In this document: positions 45,843 to 55,302 of the stretch, piece by piece | How positions within the stretch are numbered: position 1 is the first letter of the stretch | Layout of the letters: every line of letters starts with the position of its first letter | Origin: a virus | Lineage: Duplodnaviria > Caudoviricetes | IMG/VR virus record: IMGVR_UViG_3300048996_000065 | Location: 1,460-65,459 of that record | Length of the DNA: 64,000 nucleotides | Strand: one strand, 5' to 3' | Notes under the pieces: generated by a model | Databases searched by the model: none | Told to the model about the DNA's origin: nothing | Seen by the model: the letters and a program-made list of their open reading frames with translations, nothing else | Made by a program: the position numbers and the translations under genes

Positions 45843-47303
45843 ATGCTGATAAAGAAACTACGAGTCTCGCAGGAAGAAGCCGTCAGCCGTGCTATGGAGC
45901 ACGATGGCTTCTTTCTTTTCATGGAACAACGTACCGGCAAGACACTAACGGCTTTGGCCATAGCGGAGAAACGTAAGCCGGCGGTGATTTTCATTATCAC
46001 CATTCTGAAGGGAATTCGAGTCTGGAAGGAAGAAATAAAGCAATCCTTGAAAATCGATTGGCCGTGCCAAGTCGTGATAACTCACTATCAGGGGTTGTAC
46101 AAGCATCGGAAGACTTGGCGTGCTAAATTTCGCGAGTGGAAAAAAGCGAGTAAGGATGCAATCATTATTTGCGACGAATCCCACTTCATCAAGAAACGCG
46201 GATCCAAAATCGGTCGCGTCGTTCGCTCCATCGGTAAGCTCGCACGGTATCGGCTAGCGCTTACAGGAACGCCGCTATCCCCCCGCTCATCCGTAAAGCG
46301 TCGCAAGCGGACGGCTCCTAAGCTCACCGTATTGAGCGGCATGCAGGATGCTTGGGCCCAGTTCGATTTCATTAACCCCGCCGTATTCGGGAAGTACGAG
46401 AAATTCCAAAAGAAATATTTGTTGTTAGGCGGATTCCGAGGTTTCCAGGTTATTGGATATCGGAACCAGAAACACTTCAACAAAATTCTTCATCAATACT
46501 CTTATCGAAAGCTGTTGAAGGAAATACAAGAAAAGCAAACGAAGATCCGACGAATCAAGGTATCGTTCAAGTTGGATAAGCGAACCCGGAAAGCGTATGA
46601 CCTGATGGATCGCAAGATGTACACGATCGTTAACGGTCGTCGCATTGCAATCCCGCTACTGGTATCCCGTACGATCAAGCTCCAGCAAATCGCGGGAGGC
46701 TTCATTAAAGACACCGAGGAGAACGAGATCCTGGACATCGGCCTATCGAAGCTCGAACGGCTCGAACGGCTCCTTGAGAGAATAGTTTCAAAAGACCATG
46801 GAGAAAAGGTTGTGATCTGTGCTAAGTTCATCCACGAGCTAGATCTGATCGAAAGATTGTGCTCATCGATGGGTTTAACCCACCAAACGATCAAAGGCGG
46901 AGTCGAGTTCGATGGCGAGTTCAATGTTCAGGTTATGCTGATTCAGATTCAGTCGGGGGTTGCCATTGACCTGGCTAAAGCGAATAGCTTCATCTTCTAT
47001 TCCCTGAGCCATAAGCATATCGACTATGAACAAGCCAAATTCAGGATTCTGTCTTATTCGAAGCAGCGGGCGACTTACTACTACCTGCTGGCTAAAGACA
47101 CCATAGACGAGTTGGTGTACGAGGCATGCACAAAGAAGAAGGATCTCATAACGTTAATACTTGACCACTATCGGAGAAATCAGAATGAACAGTTTGCTCG
47201 CACTCGCGGCAGCCGCCGCATACAGCCTCTCTCTCAGCGCGGCGACCGACGACGAAGACGAAGAGGACCAGGACAACGACGATGGCAGCGAGTCGGCCAG
47301 TGA
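45843..47303 (+). CDS. SNF2-like superfamily 2 helicase
   Basis: MEQRTGKT, DESH, LTGTP, KLQQIAGGF, YEQA..RI. Confidence 0.85.
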   Translation: MLIKKLRVSQEEAVSRAMEHDGFFLFMEQRTGKTLTALAIAEKRKPAVIFIITILKGIRVWKEEIKQSLKIDWPCQVVITHYQGLYKHRKTWRAKFREWKKASKDAIIICDESHFIKKRGSKIGRVVRSIGKLARYRLALTGTPLSPRSSVKRRKRTAPKLTVLSGMQDAWAQFDFINPAVFGKYEKFQKKYLLLGGFRGFQVIGYRNQKHFNKILHQYSYRKLLKEIQEKQTKIRRIKVSFKLDKRTRKAYDLMDRKMYTIVNGRRIAIPLLVSRTIKLQQIAGGFIKDTEENEILDIGLSKLERLERLLERIVSKDHGEKVVICAKFIHELDLIERLCSSMGLTHQTIKGGVEFDGEFNVQVMLIQIQSGVAIDLAKANSFIFYSLSHKHIDYEQAKFRILSYSKQRATYYYLLAKDTIDELVYEACTKKKDLITLILDHYRRNQNEQFARTRGSRRIQPLSQRGDRRRRRRGPGQRRWQRVGQ

Positions 47304-47586
47304 GACCGCTGAGAAGCCCGCGAAGTCCAAGAAAAGCAAGAAAGTGAAGAAAGTAAAGAAAGGCGGAAAGAAGACGGTAGCTGCGAAGCCCGCCAAGAAA
47401 GAGGCGAAAGCCGACAAGAACGTGGTCCGTTTGAAGGACTTGGCCAAGCAGGCGAAGATCGGCGAAGCGTCCGCCCGTAAGAAGCTCCGCGACGCCAATG
47501 TCGAACGTGGCGAAGGCCGCTGGAGCTGGGATCTCGGCTCGAAGGGTCTGAAGCAGGCCCGCAAAGCTCTCGGCCTCGCTGGCTAA
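47185..47586 (+). CDS. Acidic/Lys-rich protein with C-terminal HTH-like domain
   Basis: GGAG RBS; LKDLAKQAKIGEASARKKLRDA...RWSW. Confidence 0.7.
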   Translation: MNSLLALAAAAAYSLSLSAATDDEDEEDQDNDDGSESASETAEKPAKSKKSKKVKKVKKGGKKTVAAKPAKKEAKADKNVVRLKDLAKQAKIGEASARKKLRDANVERGEGRWSWDLGSKGLKQARKALGLAG

Positions 47587-47587
47587 A

Positions 47588-48157
47588 GTGTCCCGAGAAT
47601 CGAGCTTTTGGAAGTGGCTCCGAGGTGTCATGCCTCGGGGCCATTTTTCTAGGATAGAGTCCGAAACCTCGCCAGGGATACCCGATGTCTATTACGCGCT
47701 CGATGCTGTCGACCGTCGTACTGATGGCTGGATCGAGCTGAAATCCTTAGCCGCTCCAAAGCGAGCTAACACCCGACCATTGAAACGTCGCGGTCTTCGC
47801 GATGAACAAATTTTTTGGATCAACTCCCACTACCTATGCGATGTGAAGGTTTGGATTTTCGTTAAGCTGGGTTCTCAGGTTTATTGTTTTACCGGGGCCC
47901 ACGCACTTGTGCTGAATTCATATACCTTCCGGGATATCCAAGACAAGGCAGAACATACGATCCCCCTGAGGAGGAATAAAGCATGGACCCGATTACAATT
48001 CCTGAACGTGTTGACCCGTTACCAGTTGGAAAATCCGTATTCATCCCGTTCGACAGCATTAATCTTCGAACGATTAAAGGAGAATGCCACTTCGACAAAA
48101 AACTTGCAACGGACCTGCCGCCCGCTGAAACGATTGAAGCGGCTAAGCTCTACATGA
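47588..48157 (+). CDS. VRR-NUC / Holliday-junction-resolvase-like nuclease
   Basis: ESSFW, RIE...PGIPDV, WIELK, LR.EQ..W. Confidence 0.8.
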   Translation: MSRESSFWKWLRGVMPRGHFSRIESETSPGIPDVYYALDAVDRRTDGWIELKSLAAPKRANTRPLKRRGLRDEQIFWINSHYLCDVKVWIFVKLGSQVYCFTGAHALVLNSYTFRDIQDKAEHTIPLRRNKAWTRLQFLNVLTRYQLENPYSSRSTALIFERLKENATSTKNLQRTCRPLKRLKRLSST

Positions 48158-48282
48158 TGAATCATCGCGAGCTGGGGAGCCGCCCACTAACCTGGGAGGA
48201 GTATTCGTATTTCGAGGTTTCTCAAAACAAGGTTATCCTAGAATACCTGAGGAGACACAATGAACGAGTTCAAGGCGTCTGA
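47983..48282 (+). CDS. Hypothetical protein
   Basis: GAGGAGG RBS; overlaps the nuclease 3' end. Confidence 0.5.
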   Translation: MDPITIPERVDPLPVGKSVFIPFDSINLRTIKGECHFDKKLATDLPPAETIEAAKLYMMNHRELGSRPLTWEEYSYFEVSQNKVILEYLRRHNERVQGV

Positions 48283-48688
48283 AATCATCGAATGGCATCA
48301 GAGTCAAGGCGGAGCGGGAATCAATCCCGCCGGCCACGCCTGCCGGTTACTCAGGGAGGTAGTCGAGCTATGCGTGGCTTCTGGAGCTTCGACGCAGCAG
48401 ATTCAAACGGCGGTGGAAGCCGAGATCATGAAAGCGATCATGCGTGAGGAACTAGGGAAGAAGAACGAGGATGATATGCACGAGGAGTTTGTCGACGTGT
48501 ATATACTGATGTCTGTATTCCAATCCTACTTCCTGAATTGGTACAAGACCATCGATTGGCTGGATTCGAAGATCCAAGCATGTAAAGCCCGGTTATGGGA
48601 GGCCGACGCGGACGGTGTGCTATGGCGCCCAGGCACGTCAGGAGCACCGACAGCGGGGGTAACGACGGGTGATGGCGAAAGCTCCTAA
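48260..48688 (+). CDS. MazG-like NTP pyrophosphohydrolase
   Basis: LLREVVEL...EEFVDV (ExxE...ExxD), K......R.W. Confidence 0.65.
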   Translation: MNEFKASEIIEWHQSQGGAGINPAGHACRLLREVVELCVASGASTQQIQTAVEAEIMKAIMREELGKKNEDDMHEEFVDVYILMSVFQSYFLNWYKTIDWLDSKIQACKARLWEADADGVLWRPGTSGAPTAGVTTGDGESS

Positions 48689-48713
48689 AACCGTGCGAGC
48701 TTTCTTAGAATGA

Positions 48714-48748
48714 GCGCTCCCGATACCGTCCGTGGCGTCGGGTAGCGC
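48714..48748. terminator. Hairpin between convergent transcription units
   Basis: GCGCT-CCCGA...TCGGG-T-AGCGC imperfect stem. Confidence 0.5.
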
Positions 48749-48756
48749 CAAGCTCG

Positions 48757-49362
48757 TTATTCGACGGTTAGGTTGGTAACCGCGTTCGGACGCGGGTTCA
48801 CCGTGATTCCCACCGTTCTTGAAGTATTCGATGCGGCCTTCGTAGTTTTCTGAACCGTCGGACTCGCCGCCGACTCCACGTCGAACGAATTCACCGCCCA
48901 CACCTGGAAGAAATAGGTGGTGTTTGGGTTCAATGCATTCACGACGTAGCTCGTGGGGGTAGGCAACGGCGGGGGCAGCACATCAGTCGTTTGAGTGAGC
49001 TGAGCAGCCGATAGACCGTAACGAATCCGAATGGCTTTGGCATTCGAGTAATCGGATCCATCCGTGTTCTTGGTTGGGTTACTCCAGCTTAGAGTTGCTT
49101 TCAAATCACTGGCCCAGCTGCAAACCATCACGAAAGTCTTGGTGGCAGAGATAGCCGGAAGCGTTTCGCTACCGCTAGCCGTCTTCGTACCTGTCCACCC
49201 GTCGGATGCAACGCAAGCCGTGGCCACGGGATTCGTGCTCCACGTAAGCTTAGGTACAACCGATTCCACCCCGGTTACGGTCTCGGCCGTAAACGTCAAT
49301 GTCTGAGCTGACAGCAGCGGAGCCGCCAGCAGCAACAATACAGCAATCGCAATTCTTTTCAT
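48757..49362 (-). CDS. Exported Ig-like/fibronectin type III protein
   Basis: Signal peptide MKRIAIAVLLLLAAPLLSA; LSWSNPTKNTDGS...L.PNTTYFFQVWAVN...ES. Confidence 0.8.
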   Translation of the reverse strand: MKRIAIAVLLLLAAPLLSAQTLTFTAETVTGVESVVPKLTWSTNPVATACVASDGWTGTKTASGSETLPAISATKTFVMVCSWASDLKATLSWSNPTKNTDGSDYSNAKAIRIRYGLSAAQLTQTTDVLPPPLPTPTSYVVNALNPNTTYFFQVWAVNSFDVESAASPTVQKTTKAASNTSRTVGITVNPRPNAVTNLTVE

Positions 49363-49373
49363 CTTAGTCACCT

Positions 49374-50030
49374 CTAGGATCCTTCGTCATCGTTGATAAC
49401 ATCATCAGGGTCAACACCTTTGGATTTAATTTGTTCTCTAATCTTTTCTTGTCGATCGATTAAAGCATCGATCTCCGCGTTGGTCATTTTCTCATTTTTA
49501 TGTCCGGGAGTACCCGCATGATCTAACTCATTTTGCAACTTTTTCATTTTTCGAACCAGCGCGATAACTCCCGTTACTTTACCCCCTTTGGCGAAGGTAG
49601 CAACTTTCTCTTCGGCGACTTCCAGCTCAGCCGCATTATCATCCGTCTGTGAGCTGCCACGTTTCATCAATTCCATTTGACGCTTCAAACGTTTCGCCAA
49701 GGCGTTGTCACCGGAAGCTAACGCTTCTTCCACTTTCTTGGCAAGAGCTTTCAAAGCCATCATGCCGGTTTCGACCTTTCCGCCTTCCTTGTACCCCTTA
49801 CGGATCTTACCGCCCTTAGACGCTAGGCGCGTACGACTTCCGATACGGCCAATGGTACGACGCAACCCGTCACCGGTATTCGCCAAGGTTTGATCGGCTT
49901 CACCCAGGGGGTTTACGATCGGCCGCTTCATGGGACCAGCTGGACGCACCGAACGGGCTTTGGCGATCGGCGCTGGAGCAGCGCGACGAACCGCATTGGC
50001 AATAGCGCCAGATACTCGGGATTTAAACAT
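49374..50030 (-). CDS. Putative internal virion protein with three xxGGK(I/V) motifs
   Basis: ASKGGKI, YKEGGKV, FAKGGKV separate short helical segments. Confidence 0.6.
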   Translation of the reverse strand: MFKSRVSGAIANAVRRAAPAPIAKARSVRPAGPMKRPIVNPLGEADQTLANTGDGLRRTIGRIGSRTRLASKGGKIRKGYKEGGKVETGMMALKALAKKVEEALASGDNALAKRLKRQMELMKRGSSQTDDNAAELEVAEEKVATFAKGGKVTGVIALVRKMKKLQNELDHAGTPGHKNEKMTNAEIDALIDRQEKIREQIKSKGVDPDDVINDDEGS

Positions 50031-50031
50031 C

Positions 50032-52212
50032 TTACTTTCCTCTTGCCTTGTCGGTGATAGCTTTCTGAATCTTAGCCGGGTCGTCGCTTTCGTCTAGTCC
50101 CATGTCGTTCAGCAAGTCTTGAACTTCTATCTCGCCTTCGATCATGTCCTCGTAAGCTTCTTTAGCTTCCTCGAGGTTTAAGGTACCGTCGTCATTCCAA
50201 AGATCGGACCAATCTTTGTGAGTGATATCGATATCATGAGATTTGAAAAGCTCGACTAACCTTTGCGTAATCCCAGATACCTTACCGCCCTTCGCTTTCT
50301 TCGTGCCCTTCATAAGCATTTCCTGAAACTCTTCGTTGGACATCAACCCGTGTCCGTTGACCGGGGCGCGATAGTTCCTAGTGTTCGTTTCCTGGAAAAC
50401 GTTCTGGTTCACTACGCCCTGGTCCACGACCGGGGTTATTTTACGCGCATCCTCGGGAGTAGGAAATAACTTCTGATGCAATCGAAGAAGAGCATCGGCA
50501 ATTAAACTCTCGTCGTCGCTCAAAACCTGTTGACGAATATTATTGGCTTCCTCGGGTGCCAGAACGCCAGCTCGCTGAGCCTCGTTCGTCGAGTATAGCA
50601 CTTCCTCCAGTTCTTCGCCGATTTGGTGATTCTTCTGTTTCAGGGTGGAATCGGGGTTGATAGAGATCATCTTGAGCAATCCCTTCAACCCGGATACCTT
50701 ACCGCCCTCGGCATAGTCCCCGTAACCGGGCTTCATGTCAGTATCCGGACCCACCGCGTAAACATCCGATCGATAAGAATACCGCATATCAGGATCTAAC
50801 TCTCGAGATGCGCGAGGACCAGCATCATAAGCATTACGAGCTACCAACAATTGTCCGCGCTTTAACTGATGAGCTTTCTTATCAAACTCAAATTTATCAA
50901 AGGTTCCGTCTTCCTTTACAGGAAATTCGATCACTTCGGATGGATAAACGTGAAATGGGGCGATAGCTCCCACTTGATTGGATTCTAGATCGGGGTTTCC
51001 GTAACTAGCGGCAACATCCGGAGAATTCGACATGAAGGTAGAATACCCATCGCGAGATTTTCCCATCAAGGATTCTTCCGAGATCCCGGATTTAGAATCT
51101 CCAATCAAACCTCGAAACAGCCTTAAAGCCCCTTTGACTTTTCCTCCTTCGGCTAAATCATCACCATAAAGCCAGTCATCATAATCCGAAGGGTGAATTG
51201 GAGTGTCCGACATCTCTTTCCATAAATTCTCACGTTTCATACCGAGTTTCTTAAGAACCCAGTCATGAACTCCTTCTCGCGCATCCCAGACATAGCTATT
51301 TCCTTGCTTATCTACCATCATCCTTAAACTTGGAATCTCATCCCCCGCGAACCGAAGAACCTCGGATTGATCTGGATTTTTCAACACGGTAATGGGAACT
51401 GGTTTTCCATCCTTGCGGACATTCATGTTGAAATCTAAAATCTCAGATCCTTTGTCGATTTGCGAAGCTACTAGATTTTTCATCTCCTCAGGATCAATTT
51501 TTAATGCTGACCGGATAGCCTTGACTTTCCCGCCCTCACCCCAACCTCCATACTCGGGCTCGTCGCTGAGCATGCCCAGAGCGCCACCGGCGAGTGTCCC
51601 CATCCCGTAGTTGGAGAACGATGGCTCAACCGTTGGTAAGAAAAATTCAGCCGGGCTTGCTACTGCCTTCTTCATGTAATGCTTGGCAAGATTCAATGCA
51701 CCTTTGCCCGCGTCGACTTTGGCTTTCCCAGGGATTGGAAGCTGTGCCAGCATTTGCCCGCCGGCATTCGCGGCGTTCTGACGAAAGCCCCGGGGTGGGG
51801 CGAGATCCATTGCCTCATTTACCCCCTCATGCGTAGCGTCGGCCACGATCTGCATTTTCTCTGACCAAGCCGGACCGTTCCCCATGATATTAGGAAGCGA
51901 CAACGTGTCGGTGACCAACCCAGGATACACGGTATTAGGGTTCGGCTTACCCTGACGACGGTTTTCTTCGAGATTCCAGGCTCGAGTTAGATTGGCAAGA
52001 ATGGGATTGACCACTTCTCCGTCATCGTCGATACCCATGTATTGGGAAGCAAAGCCACTACCCAGCCGAGACAGCGTATCGTCGATAGTGTCATAATTCT
52101 CTTCATCGAGCCCCGGCACTGCATGCGACAGGGATTTAACTGCTGCGCGCAACAACTGCAGCGACTTATTCTTCCGTCGCTTCTTCCGAGGCTTTTCGTC
52201 AGAGTCGGCCAT
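50032..52212 (-). CDS. Modular (polyvalent-type) internal virion protein with ART-like cassette
   Basis: WGEGGKV, LAEGGKV, YAEGGKV, KAKGGKV separate four domains; LFRG...FMSNSPDVAASY in the second. Confidence 0.65.
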   Translation of the reverse strand: MADSDEKPRKKRRKNKSLQLLRAAVKSLSHAVPGLDEENYDTIDDTLSRLGSGFASQYMGIDDDGEVVNPILANLTRAWNLEENRRQGKPNPNTVYPGLVTDTLSLPNIMGNGPAWSEKMQIVADATHEGVNEAMDLAPPRGFRQNAANAGGQMLAQLPIPGKAKVDAGKGALNLAKHYMKKAVASPAEFFLPTVEPSFSNYGMGTLAGGALGMLSDEPEYGGWGEGGKVKAIRSALKIDPEEMKNLVASQIDKGSEILDFNMNVRKDGKPVPITVLKNPDQSEVLRFAGDEIPSLRMMVDKQGNSYVWDAREGVHDWVLKKLGMKRENLWKEMSDTPIHPSDYDDWLYGDDLAEGGKVKGALRLFRGLIGDSKSGISEESLMGKSRDGYSTFMSNSPDVAASYGNPDLESNQVGAIAPFHVYPSEVIEFPVKEDGTFDKFEFDKKAHQLKRGQLLVARNAYDAGPRASRELDPDMRYSYRSDVYAVGPDTDMKPGYGDYAEGGKVSGLKGLLKMISINPDSTLKQKNHQIGEELEEVLYSTNEAQRAGVLAPEEANNIRQQVLSDDESLIADALLRLHQKLFPTPEDARKITPVVDQGVVNQNVFQETNTRNYRAPVNGHGLMSNEEFQEMLMKGTKKAKGGKVSGITQRLVELFKSHDIDITHKDWSDLWNDDGTLNLEEAKEAYEDMIEGEIEVQDLLNDMGLDESDDPAKIQKAITDKARGK

Positions 52213-52215
52213 ATC

Positions 52216-55200
52216 TCACCCTAACCGTGCTTGGAGGGATGATAGAGCGTCGTCGCTACCGAAGAGAGTGCTATCGATCACGCTCTCCGCGATACGACGC
52301 CAACCGGGGGTACGCACCAATCCGCCGCGTGCCTTCTTCACCGGCTCCTCGTCGTCTTTCATATAGTCCTTGATGAACGGGAATGCCGCCCCAGCCACCC
52401 CGCCTAGGATTGCCGCTTTACCCGCCCGCTTCTTGCGAGCCGCGACACGACCGAATTTGGAAGTCAAATTTGCTTCGATCTTTTTGATTTCCTTCGGATC
52501 GGACGTTTTCAGGATACGCAGAATTTCAGCGGCTTCCTTCGGCTTGATCGGTTCTTGACGACGCAGCCAGCTGACTGCCCAAGACGTTGGGCTCCAGATG
52601 TTGAATGGAACCCGCTTGGCCGTTCGGCGCATCACGTTGTCCTGAGCGTCCCGTGTGCTCATCAGCTTTGTACGCCCTCGGGAGATCGTAGACTTCGAGT
52701 CCTCGTAGATGCGTTGCTCCAAATCGAGCGCAGCTTTGAAGATTTCGAACTCCTTAGGTTTATCGAATAGAAGCTGAAGACGTTTCACGTTGTCGGGAGT
52801 ATCGACGATCTTAGCCGCCGAGTTCTGCCGACTACCCGTCTTGCCGATTTGCTCGAATAGGTTTTGAGCAACACCCGTACGCAGCGCATCCTTCTCGCTG
52901 AAATTCATATCCTTGATATGCTCCGAGATCTCCTTCGGATCGAGTTTCATGAAATCCTCGCGACCGAAGCGCAAAGCGTCACGTAGCTCCAGACCGCCCG
53001 AATGTGTATCCCGTGCAGTCTTGTAAGCCGAGACCCCCGACTTATCCGTGGTCAATGCATCCATCTCGTCACGGAGAGCGTTTCGAATCGAACGCATGCG
53101 TCGACCCTTACCGGTAGGCTTATAAGCGCCACCCTGGGTTTCCTCGGCATTGATCAAATCATCCAAGTCTTGCTTAACCTGATCGAGAAATTCCAGGGAT
53201 GGGCGCGTAACCATGCCCGTGGCATCCGCCTTGCCGATCGTAGAACCCGGCTTATCTCGAATGGACTTAGTAGCAGATTTAACTGCTTTAGCCCCGCTGG
53301 GAGTATTCATCAGCTGCATGAGCTGTTCAGATCTCAGGTTGGGAAATTGCTTGTACAGCTCCCTGTAAGCATCCCCAGAACCCTCACGCATTTGCTCGAG
53401 TAATTTCTTCTCGGTGTCGAAGTAATCATCAGGCTTGAGTCCCTTATTGACCTGGTCGACTACTCGATCACGCGAACCTCGCTGACGTTCGACGGTTTCA
53501 CGATACAGCTGGCGGGTCTCGGGGTTCTCAGGGTTCATTGCCTGCTCGCCTAATGCGCGCATCTCGATTCCACCCATATCCAACCCATTGACGGGAACAC
53601 CCATGCGTTGAGCTTGAGTAACGAGCTTTGCCCATTCCGTAGGGTTCAGACCCTCGTTTTCGAGCGCTCGCAATACCCGGCTTTCCGCTTTCGTCGATTT
53701 ATGACCAGGTACGCGGTCCGCTAGGAAGTGCGATAGCTTCGCCCCGTAACGACCGCCACCGGCTCCTGCGGCCCCGTATCCGAGCGCTGCAAGCATCCCC
53801 GGGTCACTTCCGGCGACATCGACAACGTCGGCAGCCGGCATGTTAATGGCCGGTTCTTCCTGCGGAGAAGGCTCTTGCGGAATTTCCTGTGGAGCTTCCT
53901 GTGGAGCTTGCAAAGGTGATCCAGCCTTTTCCATCGCCATCGAATAGCGACTTAGCACCTTCTCGTAAGGAACACCGGGCTTGGCGTATACCACCTGACC
54001 GTCGGGCATCGTGAACGGCGTGCGTCCAGAAGAATCGATTTCTTCGTCAGCCCCAACCATACCGCCTTCGGCAAATCCCTCTTCCTCTTCGCCAGCAGGA
54101 ACCAAATCCTCGTAATACAGGGGTGGCTTGCTAGGATCCGGCTTGTACTGTTGCGGATCCTGCTTCGGCGCAGCAGACTTAGCAAGAAGCGGATCACCCT
54201 TCAATCCAGTTCCGTACTTATCGTCGTCACGAGTCCAGATGTCGTCTACGTTGAATCGGATTTGGCCATCGAAGCCTTCCAGGGTTCCATGTTCGCGGAA
54301 GTAATCAGCCGCTCCAACCTTAGCCTCGTAAGCACGGGTCATCTGTTCGATCAAATGTCGCAGACGATTCGCATTGGTCCTTTCGTCCAACGCGGGATTG
54401 TACACGCGGCTGATCAAACGTTCGCCTTCGTCTTTCGTAAACTGGGAACCGAGGATGGGGCGTAACGACCGTTGAACCGTATACTCCACCATTTCTTGGG
54501 TATCGGCTGATTCGGGCATAGTCACGTCTTGGACGGTTTTACCGATCCAAGGAATACGACTGATAATGCCCACCAGCGGTCCGGTCAGATTATCAGGTCT
54601 TGGTGCCTTAGGATCAGCCGGATCCAAGCGTTCTACCGCCGTGTGCAAATCCTGGAGCCCCTTCGCAGCATCCGATGCACCCGTCTGGATGAACTCTACA
54701 TAATCCTTCGAGTATTCTCGATCGACCGCTTGGGTGGCAGCATCGCGCTTCTTCTGTTGCGGTGAAGGCTGTCCAACCCGACGACCCAAGGTCTTCATAG
54801 CCTCGACGGAGAGTTTCGTGTCCTGCTCCTGACGCATTTTCATCAGCTGTAGCTGAGCGGCCAAGTACTCATCGTCGACGTTACTCAGAGCCAAATCAAG
54901 GTCCAGAACCCCTTTATCTCGGCCCTCGTTCCATTCCCGTTGACGACGACGAGGCTCGATAAGGGCTCCGGGAACCCGGCCCAGAGCTTCTCCAAAGTGA
55001 CCCGTGCGTGTAGGAGCCCCGAGTGCCGCTGATGCCGCCAGCCACTGCTCGGAGTTACCGTACTTAGCTGCCGCGAGATGCTTGCGAGCATTGCGCAACG
55101 CCATACGCGCTGAGTCAGCATTGGATTTGACTTTGTTCAGGTATGCATCGGTTCCGGCACTCGACGGATTGTCGACCGTGCGCCCCAGGATTTTCCTGGC

Positions 55201-55302
55201 GTATGCCAAAGCCTCCGGAGTCGTGTATTGTTCTTGCATCCCAACTAAAGCGAGCGGAGAACGTCCGCCGCTGTAGTCGTCATCATCGTATTCATCGGCC
55301 AT
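52216..55302 (-). CDS. Large internal virion / DNA ejection protein
   Basis: 1028 aa, helical, ILGSQFTKDEGERL segment; FAEGGMV and KARGGLV motifs. Confidence 0.65.
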   Translation of the reverse strand: MADEYDDDDYSGGRSPLALVGMQEQYTTPEALAYARKILGRTVDNPSSAGTDAYLNKVKSNADSARMALRNARKHLAAAKYGNSEQWLAASAALGAPTRTGHFGEALGRVPGALIEPRRRQREWNEGRDKGVLDLDLALSNVDDEYLAAQLQLMKMRQEQDTKLSVEAMKTLGRRVGQPSPQQKKRDAATQAVDREYSKDYVEFIQTGASDAAKGLQDLHTAVERLDPADPKAPRPDNLTGPLVGIISRIPWIGKTVQDVTMPESADTQEMVEYTVQRSLRPILGSQFTKDEGERLISRVYNPALDERTNANRLRHLIEQMTRAYEAKVGAADYFREHGTLEGFDGQIRFNVDDIWTRDDDKYGTGLKGDPLLAKSAAPKQDPQQYKPDPSKPPLYYEDLVPAGEEEEGFAEGGMVGADEEIDSSGRTPFTMPDGQVVYAKPGVPYEKVLSRYSMAMEKAGSPLQAPQEAPQEIPQEPSPQEEPAINMPAADVVDVAGSDPGMLAALGYGAAGAGGGRYGAKLSHFLADRVPGHKSTKAESRVLRALENEGLNPTEWAKLVTQAQRMGVPVNGLDMGGIEMRALGEQAMNPENPETRQLYRETVERQRGSRDRVVDQVNKGLKPDDYFDTEKKLLEQMREGSGDAYRELYKQFPNLRSEQLMQLMNTPSGAKAVKSATKSIRDKPGSTIGKADATGMVTRPSLEFLDQVKQDLDDLINAEETQGGAYKPTGKGRRMRSIRNALRDEMDALTTDKSGVSAYKTARDTHSGGLELRDALRFGREDFMKLDPKEISEHIKDMNFSEKDALRTGVAQNLFEQIGKTGSRQNSAAKIVDTPDNVKRLQLLFDKPKEFEIFKAALDLEQRIYEDSKSTISRGRTKLMSTRDAQDNVMRRTAKRVPFNIWSPTSWAVSWLRRQEPIKPKEAAEILRILKTSDPKEIKKIEANLTSKFGRVAARKKRAGKAAILGGVAGAAFPFIKDYMKDDEEPVKKARGGLVRTPGWRRIAESVIDSTLFGSDDALSSLQARLG

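Noticed and set aside
39338-48282. Long same-strand overlaps (39594-39823, 47185-47303, 47983-48157) suggesting recoding or frameshifts
   Set aside because: Downstream genes have their own RBS, no slippery site was evident, and TAA, TAG and TGA all serve as stops elsewhere
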